Positions 28,782-38,347 of a DNA stretch of 64,000 nucleotides are shown here, piece by piece. The notes under the pieces are model-generated. The model searched no databases. It saw only the letters and a list, made by a program, of their open reading frames with translations, and was not told the origin of the DNA. How positions within the stretch are numbered: the first letter of the stretch is position 1; each line of letters starts with the position of its first letter. The stretch lies in the NCBI GenBank assembly GCA_050633245.1, contig JBOEGD010000018.1:32001-96000 (forward strand), given 5' to 3'. Position numbers and translations under genes: made by a program. This DNA is from Calditrichia bacterium. GTDB lineage: Bacteria; Calditrichota; Calditrichia; RBG-13-44-9; J075.

Positions 28782-31700
28782 ATGCCAACAAAAAATTGGC
28801 AAATCTTGATGCTTTCAACTGAATCTAACTTCAGTAAAAGGATGAAAAAGATAATGGATCAAGGAATACCTGAACGAAGTCTTTTTTTCGACCCTACGGT
28901 AAATACAATAAGTCGGGTGCTAAACATTCCTGTAAGTATCTGGTTACTTGATGAACAGGCAAACCGCATAAAAATGGAAGCCGCGACAAAAAATGTTGGG
29001 CGATATCTTAATAATGCTGAATTATCACTAAATGAACCCTGCAAAACTCTTGAAGTCTTTAAAACGAAGAGACCCTTCCAGATTCATGATATTGAAAATG
29101 CAGATTTGTTTAAGTATAAAGAGCAGGTAAAAGAACTAAAAATAAGATCTGTAATCATTGTTCCCCTGCTAATAAAAAAAACGATCGTTGGAATTCTGTA
29201 TCTATATATACCTCGTGGTAGCGAATTCAGTTACTATACGTCTCGCCTAATAATCGATAGCTTTTCAGAGCAGATAGCCTCGACTTTCCGTCAAATTCGT
29301 AGTCTTGAGGCGTTAAATGAGATGAGTAAGGTAATTGGGATGCAATTACAAGAACCCCAATTAATTATTGAAACTGTCCTCGGGCTATTAAAGAAACTCC
29401 TCGAATGTGATGAGGCGGATTTCTTTTACCTTCAGGCCAACAAATCACTGCGCTTACCTAACGCAAAAATGGAGCACTTTGCAAGTGTAATTGCAGATTA
29501 TGCTTTGGAAGTTAATAACACGATTAGGTTTAGCGGCGGTATTTTCGATCCTCCAATTCCAGAAAGTCTTAAGCAGAACATAAGCTTGGAAAATATGATG
29601 ATTTGGGTGCCTGTTCGGGTTGAAAACTCAATTAAAGGAGTACTTTGGGTTCGAACCCGCAACAAGATCGGATTTGACGAGCATGATGATGCTCTAATCG
29701 AAGCCGTTAGCAATCAGGCTGCATTTGCACTTCAAAATAGTAACCTCATTTTTACGGTTAAAGAGCAATCACAGGCGTTAACTGAACTAAATGCTCTCTC
29801 GCAGAATTTAGTGTCCATTAAGAAGAATAGTGATTCCAGAACGATTCTACAAAATATTGCGGATATTGCCCATAAAGTGCTGAAGGCTGATCTTGTAGAA
29901 TTATATGAATATCAACAGAATAAAAGTCAATTTGTAGTACCTCAGGTTTCATCTGGACAAAAACGAAAGCCCTTTCCACTTAGAGAAGTTAGAGATGATG
30001 ATGTAATTTTCCAGCTTATCAAATCGAAAAAGGCAAAATATGTAGTGGATTCCCAAATTGACCATGTTTTTATGAGATCCTTTAAAGGGAGCAGAAAGGG
30101 ACTTCCTCAAAAAAGATTTGTTGTAAGAGAAGGCATAATTTCAACAGCGGTAATACCCCTTCGAATTTCCTCGGAAATCATGGGTTTGATGTTTGCCAAC
30201 TATCGTGAACCTCAAAACTTCCCTAAGGAACAAAGAGATCAGTGTGAACTTTTTGCTAATTATGCTGCAATAGCCATTAAGAACGTGAGAAGATATGCCT
30301 TTGTAAACCAGAGAAGGAAAGCGTTGGTCGATATTGGACAAAAATTAACAGCAGTAAGTAGACGTACTGAGAAAGAAGTTCTTGAGCTCGTTTATGAACA
30401 AGCTAGTAAACTTCAAAACTATGAAAATTTATCGATTGCTCTTTATGACGAGAAAAGTAACGAAGTGCGTTTTGCACTCGCCGCTATAGATGGGCAGCGT
30501 ATTGATGTCGAAAATGAAACTGGGTGGGAACCTCGAATAAAAGGGAAAGGGAAAACGGAGCGAATCATTAAGAGCAAAAAGTTTCTCTATTTACCATCTC
30601 AAGCTGCAGTAAAAAAGGCAAAATTCTCTCCTGTCCCGGGAAAGTGGTCGTCAAACGAGCGAATGGCGAATTCCTGGCTGGGTGTTCCGATGATGCTGGG
30701 AGATAAGGTACTTGGGGTAATTGCCAATTATGATTATGGCATGAACGATATTTATAGTGTCGAGGATATTGAAATTCTACAGGCATTCGCTGCTTATGCC
30801 GCTATCGCAATAGATAGTGCCAGATTAAACTTCGATATACATAATCGCCTTGAAAAATTAAATCAGCGGCTTCTGGTTATTGTAGAAATTGGTAAGAAAC
30901 TGATATCCACCAAACAAATAAACGAGGAGAATACGCTTAAGCTGTTGCGTTCAGAGGCTGATAAGGTAATGGATACAAGTAATATGTTGATTGCCTTATA
31001 CAGGGAGGAAAAGAATGAACTTGAATTTAAGTTTATACTTAATGATGGTAGGCATAACTCCTCCATTGAGGAATTGTGGAAGTTTGGCCAGCGAAATACC
31101 GGAAAATGCGAATGGATTGTCAAAAATAATAAAGCGATTGTGCTCCATACTAAGCAGGAGGTCAAGGAGTGGTATAAGCGAAACAACGTAAAGAAACCTA
31201 CCAAAGTAAGAGATTGGAGCTCTTGGCTGGGCGTACCGATGGCGGTGGAAAACAGGGTCATTGGTGTAATCGCAATCCGTCACCTTTATAATGAAAAAGA
31301 GTATAATGACTCCGACTTGCAGGTGTTAATATCGATTGCAAGTCAAGCTGCTATCGCTATTGATAATGCCAGATTATACGAACGAATAAATACTATAAAT
31401 CGTCGGTTAAAAGCTTTAATTAAAGTAGGACAAAAACTGTCAACTAAAATAGAGTTAGATGAAAAACAAGTGCTGGAACTTCTGTACGAACAAGCGAGTT
31501 CGGAACTGAATATGAAACAACTCTCGATTGCGCTTTACGATGAAGAACGAGACCTTATTCGTTTTGAGTTCGCTGTTGCTGAAGGAAAACAAATAGATGT
31601 CAATAAAAGCAAGGGATGGGAGAAACGGCGGGGTAGCGGAGGAGGTAAAACCAGACATATAATAAAAACAAAGGCGCCGCTATGCTTGAACTCTTATCAT

Positions 31701-32651
31701 GATCTGAAAAAGTGGGAGCCTAATCCTGTCCCCCCCCATAGATATGATAATGGAAGATTACCAAGCTGTTGGCTGGGGGTTCCGATGTCTGTTGGCTCCA
31801 AGGTTTTAGGTGTGATCGCAACATATAAATATGAGAAAGATTCAACTTTTGATAAGGATGACGTTGAATTACTCCAGGCATTGGCAAATCGTGCTACAAT
31901 TTCCCTTGCAAATACGAAGTTGGTTAGAGAATTAAAGGAGCTTCTGATCGTAATTGCTGATTTGGAACAGGAAAAGGTTCGCAATATTCTTGCCAAGGAC
32001 ATCTCTCATAAGATGAATAATCACGCCGGCTACATTGCGCCAGCAATTGTTCTGTTAAAAGAGCTGGCAAATGACAAATTGGATGACCCTGATATCACTA
32101 GATTACTCGAAACCATGAATGAACATGTAAATCTGATACTGACCGAAACACATATTTTTCATACCCAAAATATATATTCTGAGGAGTTCAGCCTTAAAGA
32201 TCTGGTGCGTTCCATTATTGATCAATTAAGTATTTCTGCTCCCGATGTTAAAATAGAATTTGAGTGCAAATGTGATAACGCGAACCTCATCGCGAATCGC
32301 CATGAACTTCGATTAGCCATTTTTAGTGTAATTGAAAATTCAGTGCATGCAACGTCTGGTAACATTCACTCTGGAGAAATAACTATTCGAATGAGAAAAA
32401 AACGCTTGCGAAAAGAAAAACTTTCTATTGTTGAAATTCTGATAGAAGACAATGGTTGTGGGATTCCAACGGCGCTTTTCGAAGCAGTTTTTAATATAAA
32501 TACCAGCTACTGGGAAGACAGAACCGGGTCTGGTTATGGGTTATGGAGTGCGCAGAAGACTATTAGTGCCCAAGAAGGAAGCATAATAATAAAAGAAAGT
32601 GAAATTGGTAAAGGGACAACATTTTTAGTACGCTTGCCAGTAATGAAATGA
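28782..32651 (+). CDS. Cytoplasmic multi-GAF (about 6) sensor histidine kinase
   Basis: Repeated SWLGVPM..G..V[LI]GVIA...D...L...A..AAIAI.NARL GAF units; H-box KDISHKMNN; IENSVHA, EDNGCGIP, GSGYGL, GKGTTF. Confidence 0.9.
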   Translation: MPTKNWQILMLSTESNFSKRMKKIMDQGIPERSLFFDPTVNTISRVLNIPVSIWLLDEQANRIKMEAATKNVGRYLNNAELSLNEPCKTLEVFKTKRPFQIHDIENADLFKYKEQVKELKIRSVIIVPLLIKKTIVGILYLYIPRGSEFSYYTSRLIIDSFSEQIASTFRQIRSLEALNEMSKVIGMQLQEPQLIIETVLGLLKKLLECDEADFFYLQANKSLRLPNAKMEHFASVIADYALEVNNTIRFSGGIFDPPIPESLKQNISLENMMIWVPVRVENSIKGVLWVRTRNKIGFDEHDDALIEAVSNQAAFALQNSNLIFTVKEQSQALTELNALSQNLVSIKKNSDSRTILQNIADIAHKVLKADLVELYEYQQNKSQFVVPQVSSGQKRKPFPLREVRDDDVIFQLIKSKKAKYVVDSQIDHVFMRSFKGSRKGLPQKRFVVREGIISTAVIPLRISSEIMGLMFANYREPQNFPKEQRDQCELFANYAAIAIKNVRRYAFVNQRRKALVDIGQKLTAVSRRTEKEVLELVYEQASKLQNYENLSIALYDEKSNEVRFALAAIDGQRIDVENETGWEPRIKGKGKTERIIKSKKFLYLPSQAAVKKAKFSPVPGKWSSNERMANSWLGVPMMLGDKVLGVIANYDYGMNDIYSVEDIEILQAFAAYAAIAIDSARLNFDIHNRLEKLNQRLLVIVEIGKKLISTKQINEENTLKLLRSEADKVMDTSNMLIALYREEKNELEFKFILNDGRHNSSIEELWKFGQRNTGKCEWIVKNNKAIVLHTKQEVKEWYKRNNVKKPTKVRDWSSWLGVPMAVENRVIGVIAIRHLYNEKEYNDSDLQVLISIASQAAIAIDNARLYERINTINRRLKALIKVGQKLSTKIELDEKQVLELLYEQASSELNMKQLSIALYDEERDLIRFEFAVAEGKQIDVNKSKGWEKRRGSGGGKTRHIIKTKAPLCLNSYHDLKKWEPNPVPPHRYDNGRLPSCWLGVPMSVGSKVLGVIATYKYEKDSTFDKDDVELLQALANRATISLANTKLVRELKELLIVIADLEQEKVRNILAKDISHKMNNHAGYIAPAIVLLKELANDKLDDPDITRLLETMNEHVNLILTETHIFHTQNIYSEEFSLKDLVRSIIDQLSISAPDVKIEFECKCDNANLIANRHELRLAIFSVIENSVHATSGNIHSGEITIRMRKKRLRKEKLSIVEILIEDNGCGIPTALFEAVFNINTSYWEDRTGSGYGLWSAQKTISAQEGSIIIKESEIGKGTTFLVRLPVMK

Positions 32652-32676
32652 GACCTTCAAAACTCTGGAGTTGTTT

Positions 32677-33084
32677 ATGACAAGCAATAAGGCAAAAAGA
32701 ATACTAATTGTTGATGATATGCCGGGTTGGAGAGAATTGTTAAGTTTGACTCTTAAAAGAATCGGATATGATATCACTTCTGTTGATAGCTTTAAGAATG
32801 CCCAGAAAATGCTGGATGACTATAGGTTTGATCTTGCAGTCCTTGACAAACGTCTCGTTGATACAGACCCTTACAATATAGAGGGCATGATTCTACTCAA
32901 GGAAATTCGTGAAAACTACCCTGCAATGAAAGTAATATTACTCACCGGATACCCTGACAAGGCTTTGAAAGAAAGGGCGCTTGATTATTATTCTGTAAAT
33001 CACTATCTGGAGAAAGTACCTCCTCAAAAGACTTTTGATATAGAAGAATTCCGTGAAATAGTTAACGATCTGCTAAGAGATTAA
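32677..33084 (+). CDS. Single-domain response regulator receiver
   Basis: ILIVDD, DLAVLD, VILLTGY, YLEK; GGAG SD before ATG 32677. Confidence 0.9.
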   Translation: MTSNKAKRILIVDDMPGWRELLSLTLKRIGYDITSVDSFKNAQKMLDDYRFDLAVLDKRLVDTDPYNIEGMILLKEIRENYPAMKVILLTGYPDKALKERALDYYSVNHYLEKVPPQKTFDIEEFREIVNDLLRD

Positions 33085-34362
33085 ATGGAAAATAACACTA
33101 AACAGAATACTGTGCTCGTATTGGCTGCAGATCCTAAAGGAGACTCACAGTCTCAACTTGAAGAAGAAATCCAGGAAATCGAAGAGGGGTTGAAGCGTTC
33201 GAAATTACGTGAAACCTATAGCTTTCAGAAAAAAGTAATTAAAGACAGCAAAGATTTGCGACGTGCAATTTTAGATTGTGAGCCCAACATTATCCATTTT
33301 TGTAGCCGAGGGACAACGCAAGGCATTATGTTCGTGGATGATGAAGAGAACGCATATAGAGTATCGCCGGCTGCATTGGCCTCATTCTTTCAATCCTTTG
33401 CTGAGCAAATTGACTGTGTCTTTCTTAATGCCTGTTATGCCACAGACCAAGCAATTGCTCTAAATGAATATATTGAATATGTGGTAGGGTTTGAAGCAAC
33501 AGAACATGATTCACTTAAGACCGAATTTGCCGTAAGTTTTTATGATGCATTATGGGCTGGGAGAACTTTTGAACAAGCATTTCAACTGGGAGTAAGCACC
33601 CTCAAACTAAGTGGAGAACCTATAGAAAAATTGCCGGTGTTATTAAACCGTTTGGAGCGTTTTTATACTAACATCAAGATTGCTCAAAACGGTGAGATTA
33701 GTAACTCTCAAGACAATTTCAACCGGAATAAAGCACAACTTGCAGTTGCATATAATATGATTCCGTTCCTGAGAGAAGCACTTAGCAAAAAAAGTCAAAA
33801 TAACAAAGATGTTATTTGTTATTTAAACCGTATCGAAGCCGAGATTGAGCGAGTCGTACAACAAGAAACAGGTCAAAGGTCTATAAATCCGCAAGCATCA
33901 CTCATAGATGTGGTGAAAGTTCTAAAGGCGCTTATGACGCGAATTCAATTTATGTATGCACCTAATTTGTTTGTTCGTTTTAATAATCGTGCAGATCAAA
34001 CGAAGATATTTGCAGTGGAACATAGAATTACCGAGGCATTCAACAATATAATTTTAAGCTTGGCTCAATCTGCAAATAGTGCAGGTGAAATTAAAGTAGT
34101 GCTCCAAAACTCTGTTCAATCTGTATCGAACACTACTCTATTAAATATATCTATATCTCATTCTGGTAGAGTACCTGACAATAAAGTTTTTGAAACGGAT
34201 TCCGACACCGACTTTTGGTCAATTTCAAGAGACTCGGAGATGTCATTTTGGTATACCAAAAAGGTTGTTGAAGACCTTCAAGGGAAGGTCGTAGTAGCAA
34301 ACAATGTATCTGAAGGTAGGGTTGAGTTCATTATTCAATTACCTATTCAAGCCAAAGGTTAG
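33085..34362 (+). CDS. CHAT-like domain fused to degenerate HATPase_c-like domain
   Basis: VLVLAADPK...LEEEIQEIEEGLKRS...LRRAILDCEPNIIHFCS...VFLNAC; C-terminus EAFNNII...ISISHSG...WYTKKVVEDLQGKV...FIIQLP lacks the canonical N/G boxes. Confidence 0.7.
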   Translation: MENNTKQNTVLVLAADPKGDSQSQLEEEIQEIEEGLKRSKLRETYSFQKKVIKDSKDLRRAILDCEPNIIHFCSRGTTQGIMFVDDEENAYRVSPAALASFFQSFAEQIDCVFLNACYATDQAIALNEYIEYVVGFEATEHDSLKTEFAVSFYDALWAGRTFEQAFQLGVSTLKLSGEPIEKLPVLLNRLERFYTNIKIAQNGEISNSQDNFNRNKAQLAVAYNMIPFLREALSKKSQNNKDVICYLNRIEAEIERVVQQETGQRSINPQASLIDVVKVLKALMTRIQFMYAPNLFVRFNNRADQTKIFAVEHRITEAFNNIILSLAQSANSAGEIKVVLQNSVQSVSNTTLLNISISHSGRVPDNKVFETDSDTDFWSISRDSEMSFWYTKKVVEDLQGKVVVANNVSEGRVEFIIQLPIQAKG

Positions 34363-34604
34363 CTGAAAATCCTACCCGAAAAACTTCCTTCAATAGGTAA
34401 TATGGAGCCATTTCATTTTTAGAAAGTGATGACAAGTATTAGACACGGGACTTGCCGATAGACGGAAAGCGAGGGCTGTTCGACCCCGCCCGGACGAGTG
34501 TTCCGAGCTGAGGTGGTTTTTGGTTCGTTTTACGCTATCAAAACGAACAGGATAGAAATTGAACTCTTTCACTTGAAAAGGAAACTTGAACTTTGAACCT
34601 TTCG

Positions 34605-34640
34605 AAAAAAAGGGACCTTGACTCCCCAGGCAAGGTCCCT
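34605..34640 (-). terminator. Orphan minus-strand terminator-like hairpin with CCUGGGGAGU loop
   Basis: AAAAAA-AGGGACCTTG-ACTCCCCAGG-CAAGGTCCCT; no minus-strand CDS ends here. Confidence 0.55.
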
Positions 34641-35013
34641 CGGCGCTTCACAGCAACCAAAGGTTGCATCGAAGCGTTTCAAATTATTTTGTATTACTAC
34701 CTCTCAACTCCGCAGAGGGCAGACAGGGTCAGTGGATCTGTAATCAAATATGCCCTGCTAAATAGCAGATGCCGAGATCTGGTATTTTTCGCAAAAAAAC
34801 GAATATTTTTTATTTTTTCCTTCCCGAGAGTTATATTACAAAATAAGGTGCTGCCAAATTTGGCGCAGCACAACACTTCCCAAAATTATTTGCGAAAACT
34901 ATGCAATTAGCACATCTATTTTGTAGCAATTAGATAATGCAGATGTTAGCAAATCTACGTCCGATAGTTAGTGGCTGTCGGCTTAACACCCTTACTCCTC
35001 CTGAGGAAAAACC

Positions 35014-38000
35014 ATGGCTGACAAAAAGAAAAAAGTGAAACACTTATATGCACTTTTAGTGGGTATCAATCGGTACGCCGGAGGTGTAACGAATCTATAT
35101 GGTTGTGTTCATGATGTACAATTAGTGGAGCAAACTCTGAAAACTGTTTATGCTAAGCGAGAAGGCTTCCAATTACACATCGAGGTGTTGACGAATGAAA
35201 ATGCTACTTATGACAATGTTGTTGCAGGATTTCGCAAGCATCTTTGTCAGGCAGATGCCGATTCGATTACTTACTTTCACTATAGTGGACACGGTAGTCG
35301 AAGACCCAGTGCCGAATTCTTTCATCGTGAGTATCCGGATGGGCTAGATGAGACTCTACTGTTACACGATAGTCGTTTGGCAGGAAAATATGAATTGGCT
35401 GATAAGGAACTGGCTGTTTTGGCTAATGAGGTTACAGCAAGCGGTGCGCATTTTACTGCAGTTTTAGATTGCTGTCATTCAGGAAGTATTTTTCGGGACG
35501 GTTATGAAGAGGATGAGGAGCATGGCGAAAAGGGAGTCCGCGAAGTACGGGGACTAAAAGATGCCAGACCACTACACACCTACCTGGATGGATACTATAC
35601 GAGGGCGGAGCGGAAAAGTATTCCATCTTCTAATTTTATCAACCTTTCAGCCTGTGCGGTAAATCAGGTTGCGAAGGAAGACTTTAACGCATTTCCTGGT
35701 TTGAGGCGTCTGCATGGTGTTTTTACGGTGCATTTAATGCGGGCTCTTGAAATGCAATCTGAAAAACTGGATTACACCCGACTTTTTCAGCAGGTGCGAT
35801 TTTCAATGGCTTCTGCAGGTTTTCGCCAATGTCCGCAATTTGAATCACATGGTAACTTTAATACCCGGAACATGTTTCTTTCTAACAAAACTGCTGAACA
35901 AGGCAAGATGTTTGAAGTGCGTTATGACAGTGGCCTGAAAAAGTGGATTGCTTCGGGCGGAAAGTTTCAAGGAATTGTGGAAGGAATGTGTCTACATGTA
36001 TTCGAATCTAATAGTGACATGAGCTTTCGCAAAGCAATTGTTATGGCAGTAGATGCCAACGAAAGTGTAGTGGAGACAGAACAAGACGACTTGAATAAAA
36101 AACATGTTTATTTTGCGCAGTTTGGACAATCACCCACTCATCAAATTGCTGTGTATCTCGATGGTGCAAAAAATAAATGCGATAGCATAAAACGCTGGTT
36201 TAGAGAAAAACAAGTTCAGACGGTCTTCTTTTCTGAAGAGCCTCGGGGCTGTCGTTTCATGATCCAGATACGGGATTCTAAATATACCCTTGTCGATCTG
36301 GAACGCAATAAGGAGATGGTTACCCATATTTTGTCTTCGCCTAAGCTTTATGAAAGGCTGTTGGAAACGTTTAACCATCTCTACCGTTGGCACGCTATCC
36401 GGGACATAAATCATCATGATGCACAGCTCGGACCGCAGGAAGTGCAGATTTGGTTCGAAATAAAAAACAAAAAGGGAGAATGGGAGTCATTTGACAGTTC
36501 GTTGATCAAGCTGGATTTTGTGCGTGAAGGCAGTGAGTGGCAATACGTGCCGTATCGTGTTCGCATAAAAAACAATACCAATACACCGCTGTCCGTGCGT
36601 CCTTTTATTATCGAAGAAGAAACGTTCCGGTCTGTTGCCATCGACGTTTTTGGCTTACCACCGGGTGAAACGATAGAGCTTTTTGATGATTACCTTGGTA
36701 TTCAAAATGAAGATGATCTGGCCGTTACAGACTATCTGAAGTTTGTTATTGCAACCCAGGATAAAGAAATCGACGCTTCGCAACTTTCTTTGTCGTCAAT
36801 AGAGCCTTTGCTAGAGCCTATTGCTGCTTTATCTCGTAGTGGAGGCGATAAGGGCCTGTTGATGAAGAAAAAGGTTGAGGAAAGTAAGTTGATGACCGGA
36901 GTATGGGTGTCCCGTACGCTAAAAATAAACATCAGACGGCGCGACAACCGCCTTGTTTCAACTCCGGTAGCCTTAGAGGGAGGACTGGTCCAACTACGAC
37001 CGCACTCTGCTATGACTGCAGAGGTCTCTTTCGCATCAGATCGAAGTGAACTCTATCGCAGCGAACGCTCCCCAATTGCAAACCTGCCGCTTGGTAAAGG
37101 CATTGAGGTCGTTAATCTAAGCGGTGCCAGAACTGTTGCAGCTTCTTTGATAGAACTAACAAATATTCAGTCTCCGGAGGCTGTTAGTGAAGACATGCCG
37201 TTGCAAATTGATGTTTCCATTCAACTGGAAGACGATGCCTATTTGGTTCCGATTGTGACTGATGGAGAAGATTGGATTGTCCTTCCGCACACTATGACCC
37301 GCAGTAAGGATGCTGTAGAGTTGGCCGTTGAACATCTTCCTGAGATTGAAGAGGAATTTCGAGTACGCAGTTTGGGAAAAGCCCTAAAAATGGCTTTTCT
37401 GAAAATCGTTTTTGGTAAGAAGAAAGTGAATTGGTTGCAAAAGATTGAATTTGATGCGGACGGTAGTTTTGAGCGCTCCGATGTTATGCACGAGGAAGTG
37501 AAAGTTGCAAAGAATATCTATGTGGCCGTGCATGGCATTATAGGAGATTCGGTTGCTGTAGCGGAGGGAATTCGCCTGGCTATCCGACAAAATGGTGGTG
37601 ATGCGGATAATATCGAAGAAAACTTGATTCTTACTTATGATTATGAAAATTTGAATACGTCTATTGAATCTACTGCTGATAATTTATCTTCCAAGCTAGA
37701 AGCTATTGGGCTACACGATGCTGAGATGCCCAAGATTACGATGATTGTGCATTCCATGGGAGGACTGGTAACCCGCACTTTACTTGAGCGAAATGATAAA
37801 TGGCACGGGCGCGTAAATAAAGTGATTTTTTGTGGCACGCCAAATGGTGGATCGCGTTTCGGAAAGATTCCGGATATCTGTCAGGTGCTAATTTCATTGG
37901 CTTCATTGGCTCTAAAGTTTGGCGGAGGTGGAATAGGATGGTTAGTCTCAACGGTGACAGCTTTGAAAAGCAGCAAAAATATAAACACAACGTTGACAGA

Positions 38001-38328
38001 AATGAATATCGGTTCAGAATTCCTGACACGTTTGGAAGAATCTACCGATCCGAAAATTGAATATCATGTTATTGCAGGCGATTTAGAGTCGTATTTGCGT
38101 AAAACTCCGGAACATCGTATAAAGTTATTGGAACGTATCGCAGTCGAATTGGGTGAAATTGTTTACAGTAATCAACCCAATGATATTGCAGTAGCAGTAG
38201 AAAGTATTAAATCAATTCCGAACAATCGCCAGCCGATACCGGTGATGGTTACGGTGCCGTGTCATCATTTGAATTATTTTGTTGAAGAGGCATCGCTGGA
38301 TGCACTTGCTTTGGCCCTAAAGACATAG
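35014..38328 (+). CDS. Caspase (peptidase C14)-domain protein with C-terminal alpha/beta-hydrolase (lipase-like) domain
   Basis: YALLVGINRY, LYGCVHDV, YFHYSGHGS, VLDCCHSG (His/Cys dyad); C-terminal VHGIIG, IVHSMGGLV, GTPNGGS, NDIAV, CHHLNYF. Confidence 0.88.
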   Translation: MADKKKKVKHLYALLVGINRYAGGVTNLYGCVHDVQLVEQTLKTVYAKREGFQLHIEVLTNENATYDNVVAGFRKHLCQADADSITYFHYSGHGSRRPSAEFFHREYPDGLDETLLLHDSRLAGKYELADKELAVLANEVTASGAHFTAVLDCCHSGSIFRDGYEEDEEHGEKGVREVRGLKDARPLHTYLDGYYTRAERKSIPSSNFINLSACAVNQVAKEDFNAFPGLRRLHGVFTVHLMRALEMQSEKLDYTRLFQQVRFSMASAGFRQCPQFESHGNFNTRNMFLSNKTAEQGKMFEVRYDSGLKKWIASGGKFQGIVEGMCLHVFESNSDMSFRKAIVMAVDANESVVETEQDDLNKKHVYFAQFGQSPTHQIAVYLDGAKNKCDSIKRWFREKQVQTVFFSEEPRGCRFMIQIRDSKYTLVDLERNKEMVTHILSSPKLYERLLETFNHLYRWHAIRDINHHDAQLGPQEVQIWFEIKNKKGEWESFDSSLIKLDFVREGSEWQYVPYRVRIKNNTNTPLSVRPFIIEEETFRSVAIDVFGLPPGETIELFDDYLGIQNEDDLAVTDYLKFVIATQDKEIDASQLSLSSIEPLLEPIAALSRSGGDKGLLMKKKVEESKLMTGVWVSRTLKINIRRRDNRLVSTPVALEGGLVQLRPHSAMTAEVSFASDRSELYRSERSPIANLPLGKGIEVVNLSGARTVAASLIELTNIQSPEAVSEDMPLQIDVSIQLEDDAYLVPIVTDGEDWIVLPHTMTRSKDAVELAVEHLPEIEEEFRVRSLGKALKMAFLKIVFGKKKVNWLQKIEFDADGSFERSDVMHEEVKVAKNIYVAVHGIIGDSVAVAEGIRLAIRQNGGDADNIEENLILTYDYENLNTSIESTADNLSSKLEAIGLHDAEMPKITMIVHSMGGLVTRTLLERNDKWHGRVNKVIFCGTPNGGSRFGKIPDICQVLISLASLALKFGGGGIGWLVSTVTALKSSKNINTTLTEMNIGSEFLTRLEESTDPKIEYHVIAGDLESYLRKTPEHRIKLLERIAVELGEIVYSNQPNDIAVAVESIKSIPNNRQPIPVMVTVPCHHLNYFVEEASLDALALALKT

Positions 38329-38347
38329 GTGGTAGTTTGTTGCAGCA

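Noticed and set aside
34444-34500. tRNA-like GTTCGA motif (GAGGGCTGTTCGACCCCGCCC)
   Set aside because: No acceptor stem, anticodon arm or correct T-stem pairing could be built.
34593-34910. 105-aa ORF in the intergenic region
   Set aside because: TTG start, crosses hairpins and AT-rich promoter-like tracts, no motif.
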